Source: Balanoglossus misakiensis
Lineage: Eukaryota; Animalia; Hemichordata
DNA length: 64,000 nt
Assembly: GCA_040954595.2 (NCBI GenBank)
Contig: CM082582.2
Location: 8,919,483-8,983,482, forward strand
Reading direction: 5' to 3'
Shown here piece by piece: positions 14,501 to 28,259 of this stretch. Position 1 is the first letter of the stretch. The number at the start of each line of letters is the position of its first letter. The position numbers and the translations under genes are program-made. Below the pieces are notes generated by a model. The model made no database searches. It was given only the letters and a program-made list of their open reading frames with translations, and had not been told where the DNA came from.

Positions 14501-16045
14501 GTGGAATTCAGTCACACATGATAGAGGCTGTGGTCGAATCGTGTATACATCACATCTACTTGGAAAGTTGGGCCGACAAAATGTGTGGAAACTACAGGTA
14601 AAGTTCCTTCATCATTTGTTCCTGACGTTTCTATTTACATTTGTACCATTAAAAGACGATTGAGATGAAATAGTGTTCAATTTCAAGCCATCACAGCTAA
14701 CTCATTTTCTATTTTCAGTGGAGGAAATAAGCGGAAGTTGAGCACAGCAATCGCCATGGTTGGGAATCCACCAATCCTGTTCTTGGTAGGTTTCTCTTGT
14801 GATTGGTGCATTTTCGCGGCTTGACCAGTGCAGTATACTGGATGTATATGACACAGTGCATGACGTCACGATAAGCTGTTTGTGTGATTTTCTACAGGAC
14901 GAGCCCACAGCAGGCATGGACCCCAGAGCCAGGCGTTTCTTGTGGAACTCCATCACGCAGTTGATGAAAGGCGGACGATCAATAGTGTTGACGTCACACA
15001 GGTAAATTCGATTTGAAGTACACGTAAAGAGAAACTGTGCAACAACAGAACATATACCATTCAGCGTTGTCACAATTTAGCTCTAGGCCCTCACACTGTC
15101 TATAATATTATCTCCTCAGCATGGAAGAGTGTGAAGCTCTGTGTACACGAATGGCTATCATGGTGAATGGACAATTCAAATGTCTTGGAAGCACGCAGCA
15201 TCTTAAAAGCAAGTACGTATCGAAACAAACAATAAACAAATACAAACAAACACATCGCAAGAGTTTTGTCATTCGTATACAGTGGTTTTGTGAGTGTTTA
15301 TATTTTACTGTCTGTATTTCCACGCTGTCTTTTTTTTTCAATGCCTTTCTTTGTTTTTGCCCCCAGATTCGGAAGTGGGTATAGCTTGATGGTAAAAGTC
15401 GACCCTAAGACTGATACGGCCTCCGCCAAAGAATTCGTCGAGGGCAAATTTCCTGGGGCGATACTGCTAGAAGAGCATTTGGTAAGTTCGCGAATCTAGC
15501 TTGATTTAGACTGTGCACCAAGCAAACAAAGGATTTAGGATTAGGAAAGAGAGACACAGACTGACAGAGAGACAGAATCATGGTTCCATGGTGATAATCG
15601 TCATTTTCACATGAAATTAATTTACACAGGGGATGATGCAGTACCGTATCGACAACACCGGTCGGACTTGGTCGTCCATCTTCGGCGCAATCGAAGAGAT
15701 CAAGGAGGAACTGCAGCTGATCGATTACAGCGTGAGCCAGACGTCTCTTGAACAGGTAAGCCCCGGGGCACTTTCCGGTGAGTGAACTGGGCCAGCAAGT
15801 ACACGTGGTTGAAAAGTTAAAGCACCGTTACTTGAACAAGGCAATGGGGTGGTTAACACCTTTCAACGTCACAGGCCACCGCTTTAGAATTCCAAAGAAC
15901 AACACGCCTAGGTACCAATAACAATTTTACGCCACAATCACAGAAACTGAAGTACTTACTCCTGTATTGATAACATTTATTATTGCCGTTTCAGGTTTTC
16001 ATCGACTTTGCCAAAGAACAGAATACGGATGAAAGGAAAACGTAA
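2515..16045 (+). CDS. ABC transporter subfamily A, full transporter (ABCA3-like), ~40 coding exons
   Basis: First exon [19 protein letters not shown] (ABCA N-terminal LxWKN motif); [16 protein letters not shown]; NBD1 Walker [39 protein letters not shown]; NBD2 [39 protein letters not shown]; ends [23 protein letters not shown]-stop (TAA 16043-16045). Joined through GT-AG introns. Exact orthology within ABCA cannot be resolved by eye. Confidence 0.93.
6884..7007 (+). other. ABCA alternative exon A of a duplicated pair
   Basis: 124 nt, acceptor ttttcaag, donor gtatac; encodes (W)[41 protein letters not shown]. Confidence 0.85.
7081..7207 (+). other. ABCA alternative exon B of a duplicated pair
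   Basis: 127 nt, acceptor ggctttgcag, donor gtcagg; encodes (W)[42 protein letters not shown] with the same phases as exon A. Confidence 0.8.
9872..9950. repeat. (CAT)n/(CAC)n compound microsatellite in an ABCA intron
   Basis: Directly visible triplet runs. Confidence 0.95.
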
Positions 16046-17341
16046 TGCATTTACATCACTGTTGCTATAGCGATTCCGTCGCGCAGGCGCAGATTATCTT
16101 GCTTGAACTGTCAAACTTGAGTGTCGGTTCATCCGACGCACGTCTGAGTGCAAGGTTTAATTTATATTTTGCCGAGAAATTAGAATTATGTTGCTTTTCA
16201 AAATACACTACCTTTGTATTTTAAAAATGGATCATCGCAAGAATTGTCGAATTCTGATTGAGTGTGTTTGTTTTCTTTTTCCCGGGGGGGGGGGGGTAAA
16301 ATGCAGATTTTTGGATTAAGGCTACAAGGTACATTTTTACATAATTCTGAAAGATGAACACGAACATACCCTAGGCTGCATCGTCAAAAGGGTGGTGTAG
16401 GCCTCTGCTGTACTTCATAAGACTCTCAGTCCGAATGATCAAACGTACATTAGTAACCTGTAAAGTATAAATAAAATGATTTGTAATGTTAAAAGATTGA
16501 TTAATACTCGTACTTCACTGTGACATTTGTTAACAAGGTCAAGGCCATGTGTGTTTATTTTCATGCAAGCTCGAGTCGTTGTTTACGTGTGTTGTTTTCA
16601 TGACTCGCCCTGACAGGAAGTCACATGACAGTATCACGTGAATGTGTACGTCAGAAGTATTCTTGCGGAGACGTTATGTAGTAAATTTGAATAGGTATCT
16701 GACACTTTCGTTGGTACAATAAATTTAGCAGTATATACTAAAGCGCGATTTTAAACATGTCTTAGCAGTAACAATGGTACATAGCTTTTCGCTGCATATT
16801 TAGCGATGGCCGATATAAAGTCGTTTTGTGTTCGTTGATACTGTTGTATTCACGGTCAGAGGGTCATTTACACGCGGGCGTGTGTGTCTATCATTATCTG
16901 CAAATAGCTCTGTGATAATCAATTTACAGCTATCCATTGTGTCAAGGCGCTGTACAGTCCCAATTAGAGTAAGTATATAAGAAGAAAATAGCTGGAAATC
17001 CCAAAATAAACGTTCCCATAAACATGAATTTAGTGTCTCTTTGATTGTGAGTGAATACAACATCATGTCATGCCAACCCGTTAATACAGCAAAGGAATTC
17101 AGCCATGCAAGAATTGAGTTCGGTGTGAGATATTTAAATGTTGACCACGCGCGCACCGGTTGACTGCATCCGGTCACGGTAATGTCACGTGTCGGAGAGA
17201 CGTGAACATGAATGGGTCTATAGCTTCGTGACGACAAATGAATGACGTCATAATTGAACTGGAGTGCACCGCTTCTTATGACGCGTAAACGGGACTATTT
17301 ATACTGAGATGATATCGTCAACAGTCTAGATTAAACTGAAA

Positions 17342-18701
17342 ATGTCTTCGCAAACGTTTAAGTATTTCGCGTTCGGAAGCAATCTGTTGGCGGAGAGAAT
17401 ACACTTGAATTCGCCTTCTGCCAAGTATATCTGCATAGGAAAACTACAGGTGAGTCTGAAAAACAACAAAAACACGAAACAAAACAAGCGCAGATCTAGC
17501 TGTCGATTCTGCGAGTTTTGTGTTTTGTTCGATATTTTTTTAGTTTAAATATTATATTCAGACGTAAACACAGTACACCATCACCGAAAGGACATGTACA
17601 CATTCAATTTTATGTTTTCATAAATCTTCGTCGGGTCGTTGATAAATTAGGCTGATGCATAGCCGTGTTTTCAGCTTGTGGCAGTAGTCTTATGTTTTAC
17701 TTTTCAAAGATAAATGAATTCGTGAATTTCGTGAATTTACATTGTTAGTTAGAAAACAACGCTTATATAGAGACATTTCGCCACTTAGCGCAAATTAATT
17801 CTCGTAACTGACATTTCGGTGAAAGAAAGGTCGCCTTGACCGAAGGAAGAACAAGGTCGTCGCGAACATCACATTACAACAAGAGCTTTAATTTTCTTCA
17901 CGCAGGACTACCAACTAGCGTTTTCCCTCAACCCGAGGTACAAGTCTCAGAGAAACCCAAGATGGGGTCCTGGCGGCGTTGCTACCGTAGTCGAATCGCC
18001 CGGCAACTGCGTGTGGGGATCACTATGGGAGATTGAAGAAACGGAGCTGCCCGCTTTAGATAGGTGAGTTTCGTGTTCTCACTCGCTGGTCGACCGTCCC
18101 CGAATCTTGGCCCTTCTGTTTACAGTTTACAACATATATTCTGAGGTAGACTATGCCGCTAGTCGCCTGGTGATTTTTGTATTCATAAAGATTCTTAATT
18201 CTTTTCGTGTATTTGCTAGCTTTGAGTTTCTGGTACCGAGCTGAGTTTCGAATTCGGGGCTGGGCTCCTTGATTCGGTGACGGTGGGTGAATGCGATCAC
18301 ATGACTTACGCGCCAATAGACTTGGGGCTAATCTAATTCTGAGGTAAAGGAAACATTCCTACAATCCAAAAAATGATTTAGCATACACGTTATGTTCCCT
18401 TTTCAGACAAGAAGGGGTCGATCGCAAGTATTACAAGCCTCTGTCGGTGTGCGTGACGGCTCGAGGAAACGAACCGGTGAAATGCAGGACATACGAGATG
18501 ATCGACATCACGGAGTACCAGCCGCCCTCGCCGCAGTATCTCGGTGTCATCCTCGAAGGAGCCAACCAGTGTGGACTGCCCGAGGACTACTTGACTTATC
18601 TGAGGTCCATAAAACACAACAACTACCGCGGGAATGTGGACGTGTTGAGGAAAATACACGGTCACAATAAACTGTTAAATTTACAGAGTACAGGAATGTA
18701 G
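17342..18701 (+). CDS. GGCT: Gamma-glutamylcyclotransferase, 3 exons
   Basis: YFAFGSNL motif, GGVATVVESPGNCVWGSLWEI, LDR|QEG with the catalytic-type Glu, PPSPQYLGVILEGA..GLPEDY; exons about 17342-17449, 17907-18063, 18407-18701. Confidence 0.9.
18147..18335. mobile_element. MITE-like insertion with 9-bp target-site duplication (Mutator-type signature) in GGCT intron 2
   Basis: ATTCTGAGG at both 18138-18146 and 18336-18344; imperfect terminal inverted repeats TAGACTATGCCGCTAGTC ... GACTTGGGGCTAATCTA. Confidence 0.65.
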
Positions 18702-20611
18702 CTATATACAGAATTCTTCAGCGAGAAACAACGCACAAAGACGTATTTACACGACTGTCGTGAACTTGTGAAAACGGTCCGTAGATGGCTGTAGTCGGTC
18801 ATCAGTGATCGGTATTTATTAAAATTATAGTGAAACACATACCTTTATCCTCTCAGTGACTTGAGTTTGAATGTTGTATCCATCTGCATATGCTGTATCA
18901 GCAGGGATGCTGGAATCTTCTGTCAGCATACGGAGTGAACTTGTTCGGCCAGCACGTGATGCACGATCGAGTCGGACAAACCTGAAAGGCATAGAGTATG
19001 TGAATTAAAACGCAGGGAAGCGCTGACTCGAGCTGTCTGACTGTGACGTATCCAATTTTTCAATTCTGCGGTGTAAACGTCTGGCTTTTTAGTTGTCCGT
19101 AACTCGCCACAGAATAACCCATGTTTCTGGTCAAAAATTGAGTAACTGTGTCTACTTCTGTTACTTTACTTACCATGGACTTCACAGAAAACTATCCAGC
19201 GGAAAAACTCTGTTTTTGGGTAGAGTTTTCCGCATCTTCGCGTGCTACGTGCAGCAACGTGGCCGTCTGACTCTCTTATGAAAATGCACGGAAGGCTAGA
19301 CGGAAATTTTCAAGTGGAGATAGTCCAGGTGGCTCCAACCAATCAACAGCGAAAATTTTGCTCTGACGCGTCTCAAGTCACGTCACGTGATCCGCATCAA
19401 AAGTGTTGACACAGTTGCAAAACTGTTGAAATTTCGGATTACTTTTTTGTCGTAGTTTGCCAGACATTATAAACATCAAACGATTCCACATCTGAAAGAG
19501 ATTACCTTGCGCTTTTAAATGTTGGAGTAGGGGAAAATCAACTGAATATCATCGTCACCTAAATATCTATTCACAAACAATGCGTTCTAAGATTCTAATC
19601 AGAATTATAAAAAACGTTTTCAAATATCTGCTATACACAGCCTGTTTGGTCCAATATATTTTGTCCTACTCTCTATACCCGTAAAGGACTCCCTAGTCTT
19701 GGATTGAATCACAGAAACCTTAATTTTGACCCGTGAATTGAGAGGACAATTGGTTCTTGATTGTCCGAGTGGAGATATTACGGGTGACGATTACGTATAT
19801 GTCAAACCAATCAATTATATGATTGCAGATAAAGGAGTAAATACAGACGATAAACAGACAGGGACTTTGAAACGTCTGTATGTCTGGGTGTTGATAATGA
19901 CGTGGAAAACTTCGGTTGACACAGAGACAGCAACAGGTGGTCAGGTCAGTGACATAATGTGACCAGACAATACAGGGCGGAGACACGACACAGGCAGATA
20001 GTCGGCGAATACAGGGCGGAGAATAACCTTAGCCTCAAATTTCTATAAATATTATTTCAGAATTTGATGGCGATTTGTTCCCGATCGGACTCCCGAACGA
20101 AGACTTTTCCCAGTGCAGAAATGTTTAAATTGGACTCAACTCGAAAACATACTGTCACTATCAACATGTACTTGATAGATTGGGTCACTACTTCGTAACG
20201 TTGGCCTATGATTCCCTGCGGACAGTATCACGCCTGCATACGATGAGTCAACATATATAGATGATTACTAATCAAATCGACAAGAAATATCGCGTTATTC
20301 GATTGTCACTGGTACTTGTCCCTGTTATGTAATTAATTAACACCACCAAGCTTATCTGTGATATTCTTGGCTACTCCACGCTTTGTACTGGGATTGTACG
20401 CCGACTTGTTCGGGCGCGTATGCACCAGTGTGTACCAGGAGTCCGGGGGCTTGGGTTACGAACGGCGACCACTTGATACACGGTCACACACGCTCTCCTC
20501 TCGTGCGCGACCTGCTTCTGTACTGTAACTGGTCACCAGGTGGATGATGGCGATTTCTACGACCTCCTGCAGTCATTGTGGGAGCATGTGTTGGAACTCA
20601 TAGCCATCTAT

Positions 20612-20635
20612 CGTCATCATCATCATCAGCATCAG

Positions 20636-20721
<86 letters not shown>
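20612..20721. repeat. (CAT)n microsatellite
   Basis: Long, nearly pure CAT run; source of the poly-His and poly-Ser ORFs in the track. Confidence 0.97.
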
Positions 20722-21137
20722 CTTAAAGATCACTTCATTCCCAATACACCAGTACGCGCATCTTTCACGAAAAGTGTTACAGACATTCTTTCGAAACACA
20801 CACATTCACCATTTAATGATTTACTGGTATCTATATAAACAACACGTATAACGGTCGGCAGAACAAATTATATAGAGACACGATCAAAGACTCGTTTTTG
20901 TAGCAAAATAAAACATACTTAGACATGAACGTGATTACACCAGACACAAAAATCGTACTCTTTAGTTTATTGCTGTATAAATCCTGAAAAATAAACCTAT
21001 TTCAGATATTCTAGTGCGATCTGAGCAAGGGTATTGTCCTTGTGTGCGGAATAGGCAAGCATCGTCATCTTCGCCTTTTGCGTTGGCAGCTGTGGCGTCA
21101 AAACCCGTCCGTAGATTTCGGTGGTGGAGGGGCTGTT

Positions 21138-21756
21138 TTATTTAGGTTGGCCGGGCCCCCTCTGACTGCTGTTGAAACAGTCCGCGTGAATCAGGTACAC
21201 GCCCTTGACTTTCTTCCAAACGACGAGGATTTTCCCGTTGTCGATCTCTTTGCCGTCCTCGGTGAAGAAGCTGTACTTGCTGCAGTCGTAGGCCATGTCC
21301 CCGAACCCGGACGACTCGTACGATTTGGTGACCATCTTGGCAATGCCCTGGGACTTCATGAATTTCCCGGTTTCCTCGACAGCTAAGAAATATCAAGAGA
21401 AAGAGTCAGGTGATCAGTGTGGGGCGTAACAACCGAGAACTACAAAAAAGGCGATGTTGGAAAGTTTAGGATGAATGTCTTTGCAATCGGCCGCCATCCC
21501 TAGGGGAACGTTGAACCGTTACACAAGTAAAGAGACTCTTAAATTTGGGTTTGAATATTTGAGTATGGAAGAAGCAAGGGAGGGTGAGTTCGCCAAACCT
21601 ACCTTTTCGCCCAATTTGCACATCCATTCCCGGCGCCAGAAGCTTGCAATCTTCGGTGTAGAGCTCAGACAGCCCTTTCATGTCACCCTTTTCGTAGCAC
21701 TGCATGAACTTGGCGAGGCCGGCGTCGACTATGGCTTGGATGTCGGATTTGGCCAT
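21138..21756 (-). CDS. DUF4440/SnoaL-like (NTF2-fold, YybH-like) protein, copy 1
   Basis: Exons 21756-21603 and 21382-21138, phase-1 intron after GRK; MAKSDIQAIVDAGLAKFMQCYEKGDMKGLSELYTEDCKLLAPG...GKILVVWKKVKGVYLIHADCFNS; 132 aa. Confidence 0.85.
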
Positions 21757-22843
21757 TTTGATTCGTGTGTAACTTTCGGTTCAAGCAAGCGTTGATCAGT
21801 TGTGGTCCCTCCTGCACTGAACGGTCGTACACCGATGAATGAACTTATCTGTACCGCTTGGTGGTCTAAAACTGAGCTGTGGAGCTGAGACAATCAGGGG
21901 GAGTCACAGTGGTAAGGGGGTGATGGCGATTCGGACTTTCCTTTGTGTACCATTGCCCCTGTTGGACTTTTCCCGTCATACTCACTCACATCAATATTTG
22001 GGGAGACGGTAATTTTCATTGGCCAATCACAGCTTCGATTGGCGTTTTAGTCCTCTTGAAATGTAAATTTCTTAACAGCTCCCATATGATGACCGGTAAA
22101 GTTGATTGCGATTTCCGAGCAAAATTTAATCTTGCTCTGCTAATTGCCTAGACATTGAAGATGGTTTCGTCTTCCTTTGATGTACGCTTTTATGGGAAAG
22201 ACAACGCTGCCAGAGCAAAGCCGATAAATAGTGGATTCAAAATAACTATTAATATGTTGCTACCATGTTTGACCTCTATGGAAATGAAAAAAAAAGTCCT
22301 ATCGAAGAATCGTGCGTGTGCGTGCACCATATGCAGCAAACAGCCACCGACATTCGTACCCGACCTAGTGATACATAATTATAATTTTGGCACGGGCGTC
22401 CAAACTGCCAGGGTTAAAAGTCTAACACAAAGTACAGCTAATTAATAAGAACATCTACCTTTAATCTTGTCAATACATTGCAAATTCGGGGGCAAGAGAC
22501 GAACTATATAGACAAAAGCAGCAATTTCAGATCATCCGTCATGTCAGCTCTGACATAATGCCGTGACCTATGATTGGACGAATCATTTACATCGACGCAG
22601 CTATCATGTACTTTTGAGACCATCATAGGACGATCTACTAAACTTTAATGGAAATAACACAAAAACAATTACAACTTATATCAAGGATCTGCCACAGCAC
22701 TAAAACAAGCAATATTGTAATAAAAAAAATGTTGAATTTATTTCCCGCCGCAAATTCCTTCTACATCTATAGGCACGTGCAAAAACTGGATTTAGCCGAG
22801 ACACACCTTCGGCGGACAGTTACTGCTAGTACTGTACAGAACA

Positions 22844-23442
22844 TTATGCATTTTTATTGAAAATGTCGGTGTGTATGTAGAAGACGCCTTTGATCTTTTT
22901 CAGGACGATGACGGATTTTCCCGCCCAGCCGAAGTCGCCGCCGTCCATGGTGGTGGTGTAGCTGCCAATCTCGTAGAAGTATTCCCCGTCTCCATACATC
23001 TGCTCTGTCTTCAGATTTATCTTGGCAACACCCTTCGCCTTCAGTCCGTTCAGGACCTCTTCGACAGCTACAAGTGATGACGAAGGATTCATGAATTACT
23101 ACGCGAGCTTGTTAACTGTATGGAGGAGTGCTACAAAACGGGCAGATTTTTTAGAAACAAATAGGTCCTCCAAATCTGTCCATTAAATATTAAATAAAAA
23201 AGCACTACTCCCAGATTGCCTGTTTCTTCAGAGATCGGCGGTCATGAATTACATGAATTGACCACGTAACTACATAACATTTAGTGCCCACCTTTTCTTC
23301 CACTCTTCATTTCCATATTTGGCGGCATAAATGTGCAATCCGGCGAGAACAGATCGGCGACGCCCTTGCAGTTACCCGCTTCGAAATTCTTCATGAACTT
23401 CGCGTTCAACGCGTCCATGGCGGATCTTGCTTCGGCTGCCAT
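22844..23442 (-). CDS. DUF4440/SnoaL-like protein, copy 2
   Basis: Exons 23442-23292 and 23067-22844; MAAEARSAMDALNAKFMKNFEAGNCKGVADLFSPDC...YEIGSY...GKSVIVLKKIKGVFYIHTDIFN. Confidence 0.85.
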
Positions 23443-24076
23443 TTTTTGGTTCTTTGCGTTGTCAGAGTACACACAGCCAAATGCCGAGTTGGGATGCGTT
23501 ATCTCTGACCGTCTGTTTGATATATGCAATTAATGCGGTTTTTCGTTCCGGCCTTTAAGATTGGTCAAGGGACGGGTACGCCGGTTCAATTTTGTAATGA
23601 TTGGCCAGAGGATGTCACGGGGTCAGCGTTGCACAAATCCCCTCTTCGTTGCAGAGGGAGAACAAAAATGAATACCGCGCACCAGTTCACGTAGGATTGT
23701 CAACGCAAGAAACCTCTCATCCAAATCCACATCTCCCCAATAAAGGATGCTTCAATAGCCGAGTAAAGCCCGGGCGCACCCTCACTCACACACCACAGGG
23801 ATTCATAAGAGGTCAAAAAGTTGGCTCTATAGCGTTCCGTAGTTGCAAAACGACATTAAAATAGCTTTACATTCGAAAAGAAAACGTTTTCGTCTGCATG
23901 TGTTGTCTTGTATATTGGCTTGTTAGTACGCCCTCGGGCGGTGAATCGATCCTATGCAGTTGTTTCTGAACACACAAAAAAGACATTACTGGCACAGAAT
24001 ACAAGCTACAATTATGTATTCTCCCTGGATTTCCAAATACAAATTTACATTCCAAAACTGAAAAACACAGTGCAAA

Positions 24077-24720
24077 TTACACTACACTCATTTGCGCTTT
24101 TTCGTTGCTGTTGAAAATGTCATTGTGTATGAAATACACGCCATTCACTTTTTTCAAGACCACCAGAGATTTCCCAGTGTCGCAGCATGAGCCATCCTCC
24201 GTGAACATCTTGTATCTGCCGGTTCTCCAACCGTACTCTCCGCCCAGTGAGACTTGTTCGGTCTTTACGTCCAATTTGGCGACGCCCTTTGCCTTCATCG
24301 CTCGCAGCACGCCCTCGACGGCTGAGAAAACACCATAAATAACATAACGATTTTAATATATGAACCAAATATTCCACACTCTACTGCCAAGAATCTGGCA
24401 ACAACGACGATACTCGTCACGTTTTTAGAGAAGAAGAAATTTCCCCCACCATTACATTGACAGTTTTAAAACCCCTATATAAGTCCGGTGATACCGACAC
24501 ATGTACAGCCGTACAAGGCGCGCAACTCGTCAACGCCCCCTCCCTATATACACATACACGCACCATTGCGACCCCTCTGTATCTCCATTCCCGGAGGCAT
24601 CAACGCACAGTCTTCGGTGTACAGCTCCGACACGGACTTCATGTCTCCTTCCTGGTACCACCTCATGAACTTAGCCTTATCATTCTCAGGCTCTGTTTTC
24701 ACTTCTTTCTGTTCAGCCAT
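24077..24720 (-). CDS. DUF4440/SnoaL-like protein, copy 3
   Basis: Exons 24720-24564 (not in ORF track) and 24321-24077; MAEQKEVKTEPENDKAKFMRWYQEGDMKSVSELYTEDCALMPPG...GKSLVVLKKVNGVYFIHNDIFNS. Confidence 0.85.
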
Positions 24721-25213
24721 TTCTCAGAGTAGTAAAAGGTAGCGCGCCACGGGTTCTTGCCTGATTCGCAAAATCGCTTAACTGATTTGTATTAAAGACA
24801 GAGATTTATGAATCATAAGACCTAACTGACCCCACTCGACCCTTGTATATGTATCAGGTCGCTCTGTGCGTACTGACCTGCAGTCTACGTACTGTGTCCT
24901 ACAGCAAATAACCAGTTGGCAGGTCGGGTGAAGAAAATGACAGATATATGTCAGAGGTTGTGTTGGAATAACACTCGGTCCAAGGACGGGTCATACTCAC
25001 TCATGAATATTACAATGAAGGGGCTCGGCTTCTGTGTTCAGACACTATGTTATTTTTGTTTCATATAATGATTAAAATGTCCACTTAAAAACATTTGACA
25101 TCCTAGTCAAATTCATAAGTAAAATGCAGACACAACTAACAATTGAATTACATACATGACGTCTATTCTCAGTTGTGAAATCCCATGTTAACAATTTTTA
25201 GAACTAGCCTAGC

Positions 25214-25765
25214 TTATTTCTCGTTACTGTTGAAACAGTCAATGTGAAAATAATAAGCGCCATCCACTTTTTTCCAGAGGACGATAGATTTGCCATTCTC
25301 GAGGACAGCACCATCATCTTTCACGAGGGAGTATCCACCGCAGTCATACACCAATTCTCCAGTGCCACCTTTTTCGTCTGATCGGAGGACTATCTTCGCA
25401 ACTCCTGAGGCCCTTTTCATCTTCAAAAAATCTTCGAGGGCTAGTAATAGTAAACGAAAGCGCAATCTGCTGTAGTACGGAAATTGACGCCATACTTGAC
25501 AGGTGGGTCAACGTAATCGTGTACCCGGCCACTAACAGGTGTCCGTAAACTGGCAAAGTGCATTGTATGCCCGTGATCTAAGAACCCCGGAGAGGAACTA
25601 TATGTTCCTACCTTTTCGTCCCCTCTGTACTTCCACTCCTGGTGCTAAAATCGTGCAATCTTCGGTGAAGAGTTCCGTGAGAGACTTTATGTCGCCTGAT
25701 TCGTAAAATTTCATGAATTTGGCATTGCCCTCGTCGATCGCATTATGTGCTTCATGCTCGGTCAT
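25214..25765 (-). CDS. DUF4440/SnoaL-like protein, copy 4
   Basis: Exons 25765-25612 (not in ORF track) and 25440-25214; MTEHEAHNAIDEGNAKFMKFYESGDIKSLTELFTEDC...YDCGGY...GKSIVLWKKVDGAYYFHIDCFNS. Confidence 0.85.
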
Positions 25766-26320
25766 TTTGACCCGAGTTCCAAGCGCTTAAATTCTACCGA
25801 TTTACAGGCTTACAATGTAGTCGAATATCCGGAAATGTAATGGTTAGATTTATAAATGTCTGCAACATGACCTGAACTTTAAACCAAATGGGGGCGCTAT
25901 GTCAGAACAGGGAGGGTGAGGTTACAGTACGTAAAATGTTATGTCGATCTGTGATTAAAGTTCGTGTTACAAATCAAAGTGACATAAAGTCCACATATCA
26001 TAACTCGCGTAGAGTAGAAAAGCAAAAGGTTTTAGGAAAGTAACAAAAATGGCGTGCCCCCCTCCTTTCCCCGTCCCTTCTTTTCCTAATCTAATACTGC
26101 AAATTGCCAATATAGTTTGTGTGGAGATTTGATAGGAGAAGGCAAAGTTATCACATCGACAATTATTATAGATTTTTATGTTTATTCTACACTCACTTCC
26201 AGTAATGTTTCTAATGTAAACTACGCCTCGCGCATTTGAAGCTTCTTCTACTGGTCACCGAAATCACCGCAGTATTGTAGCATGTCTTAATGTTGCCATG
26301 AACTTGTCTCTGTCTAGATC

Positions 26321-27037
26321 TTAATCTTCCTTCTCATCGGCGTTGAAACAATCGATGTGAATAAACCAGGTACCAGAGATTCTCTTCAAGATCAGCAACA
26401 TTTTCCCAGTTGAGGTCACTGCACTTTCACTGTCGTGCATTCTGTAAGAATTCACTTGGTATGCAAAATCTCCGAACTCGACCGTTTCTATGTTTTTTAA
26501 AGTGATCTTGAGTGTCCCAGACTCCTTGAATGCGCTGTGTACATCCTCGGACGCTTAAAATAATAAAAAAGGAGTGGGTTATCAATAAAAGAACATTACT
26601 TCGTTACGATTGGCTTGAGATCAGCTTTGACTACATGAACGTGGATTGACCTCATTACGATGACAAGAATTATAGGTCTAGATTTATATGATGGAAAGGT
26701 CACTTGCTAAAATACTTGGAGTTAATGTACGTGCACCGTTACTTTGAGTATGCAAACACACATATACACACAATAGTCTAAGTATAATTGCAACGGTGTT
26801 GAACGTTTTTAGATCCCCAAGTTCCCTGGCTGTTGTATTCGTGATATCAACTTCGAGCCCTGGTCAGACGATCCAATGCGCATGACCTATAGGCTTACCT
26901 TTTCGCCCTGTCTTCATTGGCATTCCTGGCTCCAAGTATTTGCAATCCTCGGTATAGAACTCGGAGAGTGATTTCATGTCACCCGATTCATACAAATCCA
27001 GACACTTAGACAATAATTCTCCAATTGTTTTGGCCAT
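26321..27037 (-). CDS. DUF4440/SnoaL-like protein, copy 5 (most divergent)
   Basis: Exons 27037-26899 and 26553-26321 (second exon not in ORF track); MAKTIGELLSKCLDLYESGDMKSLSEFYTEDCKYLEPG...GKMLLILKRISGTWFIHIDCFNADEKED. Confidence 0.82.
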
Positions 27038-27613
27038 GTCGACTTCTGGTACATGAAGTTTCTGCCTCGATCTAATCAATGCCTGGTGACGTCATTTACC
27101 CCGACACTTTTACGTCATTGCAGGCCAACATTATTAAGTTTTATGTTTACACTCTGGTGAGCGCTCTTTTTTTATAAACTCAATTTTGAAGTATTAACTT
27201 TCCTTTACTAGCAGTGTCTGCCGGCAATTTCAAATTTGAATCGCTATAAAACAAAACAACAAGATTGAAGTGTTTATTTGTATTTTATTAGAACATATTA
27301 AAGGCCTATATTTCAAAACTATGTGAGGACACGTGCATAACTGATAATTTTCTCTAGGTGGCCCAGAGACGGGTTAACAGCTTGACCACACAGGGTCAGG
27401 GACGATGAATAAAGTTGCATTCCCCGGTGACCAAGTATTACACATTGGAGTTCAATTTTATTATCACGCACAATGATTACCACTGGCAATATTTATAGAA
27501 TATTCCATGCCACCATTTGAGAATGATGTCCAATTTCCATTAAGACTCAATCAACCGCAATGGCTAAATAAAGCATGCGCTTGTCCCGTTTCTGTGTAAT
27601 AGTAGTGGTACTT

Positions 27614-28259
27614 CTAATCGCTGTTGAAAATGTCGCAATGGACGTAGAAGACACCGTCGACCTTCTTCAGGACTATGAGAGATTTGCCACTTCCGCCGGA
27701 AGTACCATCCGCCATTGTCATGGTGTAGCTCCCAACCTCGACACCATAGGGTCTACCACCTAATGTTTCGTCGGTTCTCAGATCAATCTTTCCGACACCA
27801 CTGGCCTTGAATTTGACCAAGAATTCTTCAACAGCTGGGGGGAAAATGAAGGGCTTATTAAATCTAATTTACATATACCATACCGGTATTCATAGTTTGG
27901 TGAACTTCGCCATTGATCAAATTTTTTGATCATGTTTCCCGTGCTGTTACATGCCTAAGGCCAACGTGTCATGTGGCCAATACAGTTTTCGAATACTTAT
28001 ACACAATTAGGATTTTTTTAACGTCGCACCATAGACCCCAGACCGAACTGTCCCCTGACCCATGATGATGTCACGGATGAATGATAGCAACAGTGCACAC
28101 ACCTTTGCGTCCCTTCACCACGTCATTTCCAGGCGGCATTAAACTGCAATCTTCCGTGTACAGTTCGGAGAGTGATTTCATATCTCCGGCTACGAAAAAC
28201 TTCATGAAGTTGGCATTGATTCTGTCCATTGCGGCAGCTACTTCGGGGTCAGCCATCAT
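27614..28259 (-). CDS. DUF4440/SnoaL-like protein, copy 6
   Basis: Exons 28259 (or 28256)-28103 and 27834-27614; MADPEVAAAMDRINANFMKFFVAGDMKSLSELYTEDC...VEVGSY...GKSLIVLKKVDGVFYVHCDIFNSD. Confidence 0.85.

Noticed and set aside
20540-20851. Poly-His and poly-Ser ORFs
   Set aside because: Artefacts of the (CAT)n microsatellite; no splice or homology support.
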